Shown here piece by piece: positions 1 to 14,064 of a DNA stretch of 64,000 nucleotides. The stretch spans positions 21,452,001 to 21,516,000 of the forward strand of contig JAQFVV010000004.1 of NCBI GenBank assembly GCA_028023455.1, read 5' to 3'. Numbering within the stretch: position 1 is the first letter of the stretch; each line of letters starts with the position of its first letter. The translations under genes and the position numbers were made by a program. The DNA is from Epiperipatus broadwayi. Lineage: Eukaryota; Animalia; Onychophora. The notes under the pieces were generated by a model that saw only the letters and a list, made by a program, of their open reading frames with translations, did not search any database and was not told the DNA's origin.

Positions 1-539
1 GATTGAAGAGTGCGTCTTTTCAATCCCTTCTCCTTCAACTCCGCACTAAAACATATAGTCACATCGTAATAACTAAATAATAATTTCCAAACTTTTCCTT
101 TTATATTAATTTTAAGGATTCAATGGACATTACGTCATCGATGATGATGATCCTTCCGTTGAGGTCTGATTTCCCGATGGATTTCTCTCATTTGCTATTA
201 GTTTCTATTGTTTTCCTATCTGACTGTTGCTTATACATTTAAATGCCCAAAGGCTAGTTCACTTTGACTAATTAAAATAATCATTTCCATTTCTGATTAA
301 TTAATGTGTTTTCCAAACTTAAAGATAGTTTTATATCTAAATCTTTTTGTTGAAAGATTTAGTTTTTCTATTTTTAATAAAGTTTTATTTTAATAATTTT
401 TTTTTTATCTGTGCGAGTTTAAGATGATTTTTTAATTTTCAATTTTTAATTCTTAAAAAAGAAATTTTTATTTGCGAACTTTTATTTTTTTCATGTTTAA
501 TAATAAAAAAACAATGTAACGTCGTCTGTGCCCATTACA
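1..539. mobile_element. 3' part of an unclassified TG...CA-ended repeat (same family as 23789-26670), running off the window start
   Basis: 1-539 aligns with ~26121-26670 (gattgaagagtgc.tcttttcaatcccttctccttcaa...). It ends tgtaacgtcgtctgtgcccattaca and is followed by ATAT. Confidence 0.8.
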
Positions 540-1254
540 ATATGTACACATTAAAAAGTATAGTACAACTACAATGTATTAACCAATAGTATTGTAATCT
601 TAGCTTATATATAAAATCTGATCCTTTATTCACTTTATACAATGTATGCAAGAGGTCCTTAGAACAAAATATAGCAAATACCATTGTATATAACAAATAA
701 AAGATTATTGAAAATGTTTTGTAAAATAAAATTATTAAATATGTTTATTTCATAAAAATGTTTTATTTCTTTTTTGAATATTGCAAAAACTAAAAATTTA
801 AAGCATCATGTTAGATGTTATAATATTGACAATTTAAAGGGAAATCACAATTTCATATCTAATTTAATTTTATAAAGTTGTTTTTTTTTTTTTTAAGAAA
901 ATAAGATTTATTAAAGTTCTTGCAATTATTATAATTGTATTGCTTTTCTTGTGTTAATGTTTTGTAAAGGATTTCAAAATTTCATTTTAAAAATGAATAA
1001 TAAATTATATTCTTATCCTACATTAGTGATGCTGTTAATTTTTTTTTTTTTATTCAGTTTTTTCATATATTGAATATTTAATTTAATTTTTTCATTTCTT
1101 TTTAAAATTCTTGCCTCAGGCATTTTATCTAATAGTACGAATCAGCCTTGTATTTATGTGAAATGCCTATAGTCAGACGCATTCTATGGGCTTGTGCTAT
1201 CCAGATGCAAAATTATATTGCTGTTCTTCCAAAAAAAAATCATAATAATAATAA

Positions 1255-3400
1255 ATTGAAAGTTTCATATAATATATAATATAAAAATTTATTATAAAAT
1301 AGCAATACATATAATCTCTGTATTCTTCTGGCTTTTATAATAGAAAAATCATTAATTAAACAATCTAAATTATTACAGATTTCATTTTCTATACTTATTA
1401 TAGCTAAATTCTTTAGTTTTCCTTGGGACATGCTTGATCATAAGTGATTTTTTTTATTAATTTTAATTTGGAAAACGACCTTTCTCCAGAAGCTAATGTT
1501 AATGGAATTGTTAAGAAAATATGCAAAGCTATAACAAATTGGGAAATTATGTTGTTAAATTATTTTGAAATATAAATTGTAAAACATCAAAATGTATTGT
1601 AGTTTTATGTATTCTTTAATAATTCCTAATTCATCACATATATCAGTTTTTCATCTAATCTGGTCAAATAATATATTTTGTAAATTGAGACAATATTTCA
1701 TTTTTATTTCTTTTGAAATGTTTGATAGACTTTGTATGTCACAAAGAATGCCAAAATTGTCATTATATAATTTCAATAAATCAAATCTATCATTTAATGA
1801 ATTTATGCTTATGTCCAAAATTACAAAAAAAAAAAAAAGAAATTTATTTTAAATTTTGATTTTGGATCCTGAATGGTTTCAGCTGTACTTTCATACTCAA
1901 ACATTCTTTTCTTTTGACATTTTCGAATAACTGGCAATGGAGGAAATGTATTTTCAGTTTCTATATTTTTTGTCATTTCTGTTTGTCTCACTTAAAACAT
2001 TTTTAAATTCAGCATCGGAACTACTATTTTACAATTATTTTTTTAAATCTTGTAAAACTTTTAGACTACTCTCAATATTGGAATCAATTTTCTTCCATAC
2101 TTGATAGCTACATTTACTTGTGACAATATATTTGCACCAAATAACAAATGCACAAATAAATTTAAAATCTATGTTTTATTGCCAAAGATTTGACTTGAAA
2201 TTTTGAATTTGTGTCTCTGTTTGTATCCTCAGATGATTCATATAATGCATCTAAAATTTCTCCTAAATTATATCATAAGGGTTGCATGATTGATACTCTA
2301 CTCTCTCATCTGATATCAGAAAGAAGCTTAACAGTTAATGTAGGTACATGATTTTTAAGAACATACCAATGGTAAGTAGAAAATATATATATAAATTTCT
2401 CGAATCAAATAAAAAAAAATCCGTTGAATCAGAAACAGTTTTAGCTGCTTCATTTACAACTAAATTTAAACATGCCCTAGGATTTATATCTAATAATTTT
2501 TTGGGAGACCATTGTTTTTTCCTCTCATATTTGAACTGTTGTCATAACTCTGCCCATGCATATTGTGAATATTGATTCTTTTTCTAAAAAGTCTAACATA
2601 AATGTTTCTCGTATCTCTCCTTTTTTTATTATCTTTATTAAGAAATACAAATCATATAGAGATTGATATGTGTTTTTGATGTGAAAAACCTGGAATGCAA
2701 TCTAGTATTATTTGAGTAATATTTTGAAAAGTTAAGCATTTCTAATATTTTCTGCTGAGTTTTTGTTGCTAGCAATGAAATTATCTCGCTTTGAATTTTA
2801 TATCATAAATAATGAGGCATATAATGATTTTTTCTTCAATACATTTAAGATGATTAGTCATAACAGTGTCAAATTTTGCTATTGTTTCTACCATTTTTAG
2901 AATGTTTCTGCTACTATTTTGGTAAAGATTATTATTTGTTATCCTAAATGTTAAATTTGGAAAGATAAATATTGAACAATGTATATAATTCTACCTAAAA
3001 TATATCTCCACTATTTTTTTTCTTTTTTCATAAAATTTTCATTTTCAGCGTCGATTGTCGTTTCCAATTTTAAGTTTTTAATTAAATCCATAATTTATAA
3101 GACTCAATATGTAAAGGTTCTCTTTCAAACCTACATAAATGTCTTGATTTAAATGAATTCAATCATTAAAACTATTTGTGGAACTTAATAGACACTTATT
3201 TTTTTAAAGATTTTATAACAAAAACAAAAAATTGTATTTTTTGCCATAAGAATATACTAGTCAATTTCTAACTACTTTTTCACCGTTTTCTAAAGTTCTA
3301 TCAAAATAAATACAGTATTTGAAAAATTTTGACAATTGTCATTTTTGGGATATACAAAATTTTGAATTTTAACTGGACCTATTTCTATTAATGTCATTTT
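1255..3400 (-). pseudogene. Degenerate hAT transposase (ZMYM1-like: TTF zinc finger, DUF4371 region, C-terminal dimerisation domain)
   Basis: Minus-strand fragments with stops and frameshifts: NGEKVVRNWLVYS...IFCFCYKIF (~3200-3300); KYYS-IILDCIP (~2690-2740); MHGQSYDNSSNMRGKNNG...LNLVVNEAAK (~2440-2570); IALHIFLTIPLTLASGERSFSKLKLIK and MSQGKLKNLAIISIENE...DFSIIKARR (1300-1540). Confidence 0.9.
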
Positions 3401-5844
3401 AATTTTTTCATTTATATCATCAGACCATAAACCAGGATCAGCTTATTATTTACTGATAAATGTATTACTACTATGTGATTAGATAGACTTGATTCCAATT
3501 GCTTTCTGGTCACTGATAAGAAATATTGAGAATAAAGTATTATTCATAGTATATAAGATTATATATTTTGAAAAACCAGAATTAAAGATAGGATAATGTA
3601 ATTGGTTTTTGATAAAAGATCTAATATATAAACTGAATTAAATCAATCATAAAATAGTACTCATCAACTAGTAATCAAAATCCAGTTAAAGATCAGTATG
3701 ATTTAGATAATCCTAAATATCTTTTATACATAGAACAACTATATAATCCATAATACTCAGAATTTTTATATTCCAAGAATTTGAAAAAAAGGTGAAGAAA
3801 ACTGATAAGTAACAAAATTTGAATACATATCAATGGAATAAATTTTGCTAATCAGATTTATAATTTAAGCAAACTTGTGTTAAATTTCTAAACAGTAAAT
3901 AAATAATCATTAACAGTTGCCCTTACTTGCTAATATTCACATCAGTTGAAAGATATATATAAAGGTTTTCTTTATTAATACTAAAATTACAATCCTCAAT
4001 CCTAAACATATAATTATAATGACATATTATATTGCCGTCTGTGAATAATTATTATGCTTTTCCTTATTAATATTTTTATCTTTTGGATTCTAATATATAT
4101 TTCAATTGCTGAATTATGGTTTATTTAAAATTCTTATTTCCTTTGGAAATAGTTCTCTATGCAAATATTAATGAAGAAAGTTTTTTTTTGAATTTTTTAT
4201 ATAAAATAAAAATAAATTAGTAAATTGCTTAAATAGGTTTTTATTTTATGTAATGAAAATTCATTGTTTATCCTTCTGTAATATCTAATGGTTTTATTTT
4301 CATTGTTTTGAAACTGTACTAATAAATTGATTAGTTCAATTACATAATATAATAATAAGCAATAACTATGACTATTCCAACTCCTCCCCCCCCCCCTTTT
4401 TTTTTTTTTTTCAGAAAAGGTGAAAGAAAAAAGGCTATTCTAGAAATACAAACCAGTCTCTAAAAATACAAATACATGCACATATAGAATATGCTGGTCC
4501 ATTTTTCTGTTTATATTATCTTTTACAATGTTTTTTAATGTCTTTAGTGGAAAACTTTTCTTTTTGAAATACCTCAACACCAAATTTAATTGTAGCTCAC
4601 AGTGTATTTTATTCTTTGCCATAACTTTCCAATGGAAAACATCAACTGTTGTACTTCTTTAGGATATCTTATATATAATTCATCACATGATCACTATCTC
4701 ATACTAGCACATAATTGTTATTAAACAATTCAAAACAAGATGGCACCAATATATGGAGAGTTTTGCTTTGTTTTGAATTGTTATAATTCATCAATTATAC
4801 TTCACTTAAAATAATGGTTGCTGTAAATTATACTAATGGATAAAAATAAGGCACCTTCAAGTAACATTAATCAAGTACTTTTTTTATTGCATTATCATAG
4901 AAGTCAGAATTTAGCAGAAATATTACATTTTATTAAGGGTTATGATGTTATTCAAATTTTGAGGTGCTAAAGTAAATTATGTTAAAAGGTATCAGGCAGT
5001 GACTGATTGTCTTCAGTGATGATAATTTGTTACGGGTTAATCATAGTGGCCTATTGTTTAAACCAAATCTCCTTCAAGAGTAAAATTTAACATACTATGT
5101 ATAAATGAGATATTAAAGAATTTTATGGTATAGAAATAAGCTTATTTATGTTCCTTGACCAATGATTCATTTCTTAATGAAAGTTAAAAATTGATTTAAA
5201 TAGTTGAGGATTTCCAAGTAAACTTCAGTTTATTTGTGGTTTTTTTTAGCAAATCCATAACCAACATAGCTTAGTCATTGTATTTTGAAGTATAAAACAA
5301 GGAAATAATACGGCAAAAAATCTCACCATCTAGTAAATGATTTTCCTTTTTGCTATTTGCCTGTGAATTAATCCAGTAGATATCATTGCTCTGCAGTGAA
5401 TTATTTCGTTTTTGCCTTACTTAATTATCTATAAATGACACATATATTGTGTTTAATTTTTTAATCAAGTTTTGATGCATAAAGTTCTAAATAGATGGCT
5501 CCTTAAGATAAATTAAAAAGCATGTTTGTCAATTTTCTACTAGTGATTTAATTGTTCCTTTTTTTTTAAATATATATTTCTGCAAGCAAATTATGTTAGT
5601 TAGATTATTTCCTCTCCAAGATAGTCAGGAAATGAGAATTGTGACTATCATTACTAATATCTTGAGTTTTTTTTTTTTTTTAATGTATTACTATTATCAG
5701 TTTTATTACCTTACTGTTGAAATACTCATTAGTTTATTTTAATTTCTGTATTAAACAATATAAATAGTTTGATGCTTTGTGTATTTATATATACACACAC
5801 ACATATATATATATAAGGGTATATGGCTTATTTGGGAGTTCATA

Positions 5845-5923
5845 AGTTCAAGCACTAAAATCTGTCCTGAGACCTCCCGAACCCAAATCGGACATTCGAC
5901 CAAATGTGCCAACACATGGGACT
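5845..5923 (-). pseudogene. tRNA-Pro(TGG)-derived relic (tRNA pseudogene or SINE head)
   Basis: The minus strand reads TCCGA-TTTGGGT-TCGGG-AGGTC, a 5-bp anticodon stem with the TTTGGGT loop and AGGTC variable region of eukaryotic tRNA-Pro. The D and T arms are decayed. Confidence 0.55.
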
Positions 5924-8357
5924 GTGTATAAATAGATCTATATAAAGCTTTTAAAAAAATGTTTATTAACGAAATCTTACTTTTTTTTTTATGAATAACT
6001 GTTTCTGTAATAAATAACTGCTCACTCACTACTCTTCTCCCACCAACAAATTAAAAGGAAATATTGGAAAGTTTAACAAATTATAAATACAATAGTAGTA
6101 TATTTAAGATTGTATAAAATATTTATAAAAAAAACAAAAGTGCAAGTATATATTATTATTGGAAAAAGAAAAATCTTGTGAATTAATTAAAATGGCAAGT
6201 GATAGAAAGATGTGAATACCTGACTAACTATCTATGCTAGCTAAAGCAATGGAAATTATTAGACTAATGTAGAACTTTAAATCATATAATGAAAGTGGAA
6301 ATTTCTAAATTCATCTGAAAAAGAAAATGTCTTTTCTATTGGAAATTGTTCTTTGTATCTCATCATTTGTCATTTTTAAATACTTTAGAACCAGTTTTTG
6401 TTTTATTTAAAATAAGTTATTTATAAGAGTACTACAATTTAAATCTCTTAAATTCAACATATTTATAAGAAAACTAAATTAATATAATGCACTGGTTGAA
6501 ACTGAAATTAAGAGATTATGAAATCAGGTCATGGTACACAGAAAGGATTGAGTTGAATAAGAAATTGAGATGGATTTTATTAATTTAATTGATAACTAAA
6601 TATAAATGTAAATATATTGAGAAATAACTGTTAATAAAGTGACCATATATATATGACTATTATTTTGGTAGGCTAAACGTATATATATAAGGATTACAAT
6701 ATATGCTGTTTTTTAGTTGCAAATTTAATGTTTTTTTAACCTTTAGAGTGTTATTAGTATAGGTACATAAATGGATCATCATAGGCAAATGGATCATCAT
6801 AGACCTAATTTTTTATATAAATAATCAATACAAATTACCTTTGACTTTTACTATCTACTCTAGATAATTTGAATTTTTTATTTTTATCTTTTTTAAAAAA
6901 AAAAAAAAAAACATGGCTTATTTACAAGAGCTGCTAAATGTTTCCATTTTATGTGGGATAGTATTTTGGCTCCAGGATTGCCTCTTGTGGTAAAGCAAAT
7001 AAGTTAAATAGTTTTAAGTTAAAGAATTGAGCTATACATGGAAAAAATCCATCAAAATTGATTAATTCCTCAGTAATGAGATAGACTGACAGATTTTAGT
7101 TTATATATGAAGAGAAGAATATGCAGTTAATTTAAATTATAGTTAATACATAATGTAATGAAGATTAACATCATCAGTTGTCTGCTCAGTTTCATCTTTC
7201 ATAAGTTTCTCCAAAATATTTTCTTTCATCTTTTATAGTTTTATCTGTCTGTATCTTTCTTAACTCATCTATACCTTTAAAAAAATTTCTTAATTTTTTT
7301 TGGTGTGAATTTTATTGATCATTATTCCCTTTTTTTTGTTACATTTATATATATTCTTGACAATTATTTTTAATATTTCCTTGTAAATCCATCTCATACA
7401 ACTTTCATTTTACTTATTACTTCATCATATAAATTCCATTCTGCACAAAATATTTGACTAATGTTTGTTTGTAATTTTAAATTAAAAACCTATTTAGCCA
7501 TTATATTCCTCATTTGGTTTATTTTTCACTTTTAAGAGCCATTCATATTTTCATATATATATATATATTATCTTTAATATGTATATTTCTGATTTGAATT
7601 TTTACTTCAGCCAACTTCATCACACTACTATTAGGGTTTTTTCACTTATCCAATGCACTGAACTTCTCTTTATTTAGTATTAACTCCATTGTTGTTGTTT
7701 GGAATAATTATTCTAAATGCGATTAGTAAATGTCAGTTATAAATCCTTATAAATAAGTCAGGTATTTATTCCATAAGTTGTTGTTTTTTCATTCTATATT
7801 TTTTCTTTTAAAAAAAAATATATCAAGGATTTTCTTTGTCAAAATAATCTTCATAATGAAATATATATATTAATATTTTTTAGTTCAGTTTCCATTTCAA
7901 ATTTGGTCATCTTTATTGTCTTATTACTATTTTTAAATATATTTATTTGATCAAAATTGAATCAATTTACTAAAAATTCTCAATAATGCCTTAGCTGCAT
8001 AAAGAAATTTACAATTTTTGTTTATTGTAATCATAATTACTGAAAAAAAAAAATCTGTTAGTTTCTCACTTTAGTCAAAGATTATGCCATAATACATAAA
8101 CTGGAATTCAATATATCTATTATGATTTTTCTCTGTATTATTTCTTTTTTTTTTCTTATCTTACTATCTTCACTTATTTTAAAGTGTGTAGAGCCACCAT
8201 TATTATGAATATCTCATCCCTAATATCTGTGTGCCTCAATTGTAACAATAAGATCATGTATTTATACAACCACAATTCCCTTTTTTAGTAAGTCACACAA
8301 CAATTTTAATTTCAGTTTTGTTTTTTTTTTGTATTTTTTTATTCTTTTTTTTTTTTG

Positions 8358-9462
8358 GTACTGGTTGATTACACATGCACGCCACTTGGTGGCATTGTTT
8401 ATGTGCTAAAACACATAAAAATGTCATTTATGTGGCCCGAAGTTTACGGTCTTCAGAACAGTGATGTTCATATTAGCCATTGCAGGCCTATATTGCGTTG
8501 CACATAAATATTACGGCCCACTGATGTGCTTCGCAACACTATGCAAATGGCACATTTCACAGATCGCTACCATATCATGTGACAATGTATGGAATTCAAC
8601 TGACCATAACTCTTCTAATCTGCATTCGAAGTAATGATCGTATACCCTACCTGCCATAATGTTACATATTAGTAATTGTAAGCTCGTCACCATGCTTCCC
8701 TACACAGCTTGGAATGTGAAAAAAATTGCAAAAGTGTAGTAATAAGCACAATTTCACAGAATTCATATGAAAAGGCACATTTGTATGAGAGCAGCTATGA
8801 GACAAATTAAATGGCTGAGGTTGCATGTTGTTTTGGAAATCAGAAGCTTGGTTTGATCACACTACTGCATTTTTTGATGATCCTTTGGATCGTCAAAAAC
8901 ATCGGTCCCCAGTCCTGCACATTTCAGCGCTACACCTGACATTTATAATGTAATTATTCCATTTCAAAACAATTTAATTCTTATGTTTTATAAAATAATG
9001 TTAGTTTGTAAATTGTTTACAAATACTTTGCAGAATGTCGGCCCGTAAGGTTTATAATAGTGTCTTTTTTCACAGATAAAGAGCAGCTACTAGACAACTA
9101 AAATTCCATGTTTTTTGGAAAATTGTAATGTTGGTTTGATCAGAGTAGTGTATCTTTTGGATCGTCAAAAACATCGGTCCCTAGCCCTGTACATTCCAGT
9201 ACTACATGCTGACATTTATAATGTAATTTAAAACTAAGTATTTCATTTTAGAAAATAATATTGGTTCATAAATTGTTTAAAAGTAGTTTGAAAAATGTCA
9301 ATATGCGATGAAGTGTATAATGTAATTTAAAAATGTAATTATTCCATTTTAGAAAATAATGTTGTTTTGCAACGAAAAGTTGATCCGCATAAACGGCATT
9401 TTTATGTGTTTTAGCAACTAAACAACACCATCAAACGGTATGCATGTGTAATCAACCAGTAC
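8358..9462. mobile_element. Non-autonomous DNA transposon / foldback element, ~1.1 kb, with ~80-bp TIRs
   Basis: The outer 22 bp are a perfect inverted repeat (gtactggttgattacacatgca 8358-8379 / 9441-9462), continuing imperfectly to ~80 bp. It sits in a poly-T tract on both sides. An internal diverged direct repeat lies at ~8824-8955 and ~9107-9228. Confidence 0.85.
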
Positions 9463-12400
9463 TTTTTTTTTTTATTTTTTTTTTTCTAAAGTTAAAGTAA
9501 TCCTAACTTATTTGTGAGTGGCTTATTACTAATGAATATCAAGTAATTTTAACTTTTTTTATTATTAACAATTAGTTGTAAACAGAAAGTAATCACTTCT
9601 TTCCCCCCTTTTTTTTCTTCTAACTATTTAATATTATTCTGTTTTCTTGTTATTTTTTGCTATACAAATTATTTTATATTTTTATAATCTTTCCTATATC
9701 TGGTTATAAAGAAAGCTATTTTTCATTCTTTATTTCTGCACCTATCTAATAATTAATTATTTCTTATCAAGTTGTTATATTTTAACATGTATGAAATAAA
9801 TTTTTTCCTTTTTTTTTTTTTGTAATTCTTCAACTTTCTTAAATATCTATTTCAAACAAACCACTTTGTTCTTTTAGTAATTTGTTAAATTTCAGTAGTA
9901 ATTCTACTATTTACTCTTAACTGTATTTCTTTTTCTATTGCTTTTATAGTTTTTTATCCAAAATGTTATTCTTTATTCATCTCATAACTAAGAGAATTAT
10001 AATAAATTAACAATTAATAATAATTATTTATTTGTCCTTCATGATGAGAATAGTGGATTAAAGAAATAAAGATTCCTGGATTGATTTCTGGCTTGTGAAA
10101 AAAAAATCTGGCTATTTGAGTGGAACTATTTTTATAATCCACCTGTCTGTTGTTTGGATGTTGATTGATCTCCTTTGAGACAAACATTATTTATTTCACT
10201 ATTTAAAGTAATCTGTCCTTTTCTTGTATTGTCATATAAACATATTTTAAAAATGGTAATAAAAATTACTTAAAACTAGAGAACAGTAATTTTAAGCAAA
10301 ATTAAAATAATTTATCATTTATTATTTATTTAAGATTTTATTTAACTAATCTTAAAATATTTAATAATTTTAGATTTTTGTTATTTATTGTTTGAAGTGT
10401 TTTAATATGGTTTTCTGATTGTCAGATAATGTCATATATTAATGTCCTATTATGTATAATTTTCTTTTTTGTAATTATTGATTGATAATGCTATACTTAG
10501 ATATTTTTAATAATCGTTCTATTAAAATTCAAATTAGTTGTCTAAATAAAATTCTTTTTTCCATTTTATTTTTTTATGGTAATTTAGAGACTGTCAGTTT
10601 TAGAATATAATATTAAGCATCTTTTATAGAATCAATAAAACAGAAAAGAGTATTTATTTCTTAGATACAGTCATAAAAGCTATTTTAATTCTATCAAAGC
10701 ATGCAAAAAAAATATGCATTATAAAATATGTCCTGAATTTTAAATATTTACAAGCAATAATATTTCCTCACACATACATATGTATATATATTGTCTACCC
10801 AGATCAGTACAATGATTTTTTAACTTACCTTTCCATTATTATTATTATCCCAAATATTTTTATTCATGTTTAGGTTTAATATGTATTCAGTTTTTTGCTT
10901 TTATATTTCATCCTTCACTGTTAACATGTTAAAAATTTGCATACATTGATTAAACTTTATATTTAAAACAAAAAAAAAACTAAACATTTTCTCCAAAAAT
11001 AATATTAAGCTGATTTTTTTTACCACCTGATTTAAATAATTTCTGTTTCTTTTCTATTTTACTATGTTTTAGTTTTATAGCAGTTTATTTATCTTTTCAC
11101 AAAGTTTGATTGTTAAAAAATATCTAAAATCAAGTGCTCTTCTGTTCATATTCAGTCTACATTATGTAGACTGATTTTTTTTATCCTCATTCTAGAATCA
11201 ATTTGTTGGAACATTAAAGAGTTGATGATTTGTAAATGGCAGTTTTTAGTCAGATTTTTTCAATTTATAGAACTATATTACACTACCCATCTAAAGACTG
11301 TTTTTTTTTATTTAATATTCTATTCAAATCATCTGCATAAAAATTTTGAAAACATAAGATTTTGAAATTGTATAAATTTGTTTTTACAATTATATAAATT
11401 TAACATTAGGTCATTACTTTATTGGCTGTAATTTGTATGTCATTTGCTGAGAAATCTTGTTAGCCACGTTATTCTTTCCTCTTATATTTTTATCAGTCAC
11501 TGAATTGACATATATGTACTTTCATTCATTATTTTATAATTTATTATCCCTAGATCATTTTGGCAATTCTTTTTGTATCCTATTTTGATAACAATTCTTT
11601 TAAGTTCTATTTTATGTTTCTCATACTCATCATAAATACCTAAGCAAAAACTAAAATTAAAAAAAGATTATCTTTTACTCTTTCACCTTTATGGCATTTT
11701 CTTTTCTTATACAACTTATTTTGCTCCTTATTTCAAAAATAAATGGTTTGTGTTATCCTGTGTTATTCAAATAAACTATAGCATTTATAATAAGGTTAAT
11801 CCTTTATCTTTGTATATACTTTTATAGTATATTCTAGTTTTTATTTGTCTGCAAGTCTAAATTGTTATCAGTCACATTTATTTTTTGATTAACTTATTCC
11901 CCCCATTGCTTACAATTACATTTGTAAATTTTGTTTGTATTATCATCTAATATCTTTGGTTTAGAAGGATCTTTATTCAAGGAAAAATATATCTACAGAT
12001 ATTTCAGTTTAAAAGAAAAAAAAATTAAAACAAAACTAATTAAACAATACCATAGTAAATATTTTCAATAGTATTCACTGAATTAAACTATTATTAAAAA
12101 CATTTATAATAAATTAGGAAACAGAAAATATATCTTATTAGAGGTTAGAACACTGATGAACAAGTGACCAAGTGTCTGCGAAAATGTTTGATGGGGTAAT
12201 TTTTTTTATCTTTTTGTTTTATTGTCTCTAATTTGTTTTTAAATGTGTTGAAATTTCTTGCATTACTATTGTAAAGATAAGTGCATCTAGTGCATCATAA
12301 TGCATATAGTACAAATGTACTTCTTATTTCTGCGAAGCATGCATTTGGAAAAGACTATAATTGAACTTATATGGCATTCTTTTTCTGATAAATTTTTATA

Positions 12401-14064
12401 TTCTAAGATCGAGTGTATGGTAGGCTAGGACACTTAAAGAATATATGTTTTTGGTTCTCTTATGATCTGTGGCACAACTCACATATAGTGTCAATGTTAA
12501 GTATGTTTCTCATATTTCATGAAATATAATATTGGTAATGATACATATTCATTTTAAGTAGAAAATCCAAAAATTTGGGCTCAATTATCCAATATTTAAA
12601 TCTACATATTAGCTGCTTATTATTAATACCTAGAATTGGTAAGTCTTGAATTATAATTTGTGTTTTTGGGTAGAGATTCATATGTTATGTTAGAGTTAGA
12701 TATTGATTTAATAGGTTCTGTTTATTGTATATAGATATTTTGTATATGGAAAAGGTTTGTCTGTAGGTGTTATTTTAAGAGTGATTTCTAAATGTGGGTA
12801 TACTTTTGTCACAGATGATAAAAGTTTAATAGTTTTTTGTATTGTAAATACATGTGAATAGAATGTAGTCCTACTCCTGAGTTAGATGGCCACTATTTTT
12901 CTTCCCCATAAAAGTTTTTTACATAGTGAATAAATATTTTAATATCTTGTTTACTAAATGCTTACATAGATTGTTTCTGGAGTGATAATGGTACTATTTA
13001 TTAAATCATTTGGTAATTTAAAACAATATAAAAAATTATTATGTACACTTATTGGCATTGGCATTCTTAGATTCTAGCTTTTTATTTTATTTTTTCCATT
13101 TAAGTCTTTATGATCTGTAAATGCAATCACAAAACTTTTCATTATCAATAAGTTGTTGTTTTATTTTTTGTTGTTCTTTAACCAAATAATAAACAATTGC
13201 TTATTGTTTAAGAATGACAAAATTTTTTGATGTTGCTGATTGATCTTCCTATCATTATTATATTTGTCTGAATTAGAAACTAATAGTGATTTTGTATATG
13301 ATATCAGAATATCTCATGAAACAAGAAAATCAAACAAATACTGTAGAATGTGAAAATTTCATAGTTTAAGCTTGTTGATCTCAAATTTTTTACCAACTTT
13401 CTTTCTATTGAAAATTTTATTTTTTTTTAAAGACAATAACACTGTAATAAATCTGAGTAAATATTCCTTTCTTATAAATGAGCTTTAAATATATATTTAT
13501 ACGAAAATACTGGTTGATTCTAATAATAACTCCTTCAAAGATCAAAAGTATGTTAACTTGTTCATTGAATAACATATACTTTCTTTTCATTTAAATCTGT
13601 ACATATGATCAATCATTTTTCTGATAGGGAAGCTCTTGTTAATCATTGAAATATTTGTCTATATTGAATTTCTAATGAATTTTGCACATGTAATAAATGT
13701 AGCTTTTTGTCATTTTATATGTCTTATTTAACTAGTCACTTTTGCCCTGAAAGACCAGTTTAAAAATGATGATACTTATTTTGAGTTTTTTCTGGTATTA
13801 GGATTATTAGCTCATTTTTAATAATAATATAAATTATTTGTCTGAATTTTTATAATTTTTGATAGCATCAATATCTAAGAGATCTTAAATTTCCTCCTAT
13901 CAGTATTACAATTCAATTACACACAAATGATTATTTTGCCTTTATACCATTAAAGTTTTTTTTTTTTTTCCTGCCACTGATTGTCAATATAAGTTATATC
14001 AATCATAAATTAGATTTCTAATAAATTACAACTTTTTTTCTAAGATTATTATGGATTAGCTATA

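Noticed and set aside
1105-1150. hAT-like right end (gaatcagccttg) beside the ZMYM1-like relic
   Set aside because: It is on the wrong side to bound that transposase and no partner TIR was found.
6770-6803. Tandem copy of aaatggatcatcatag
   Set aside because: A simple two-unit slippage duplication with no wider pattern.
12156-12170. ATGAACAAG (MNK) as the missing first exon
   Set aside because: There is no preceding MGNG and no in-phase GT donor.
12153-12195. CTGATGA...GAAA spacing suggestive of a hammerhead
   Set aside because: No closing stem II, no stem III or UH site, and no similarity to the two real families.
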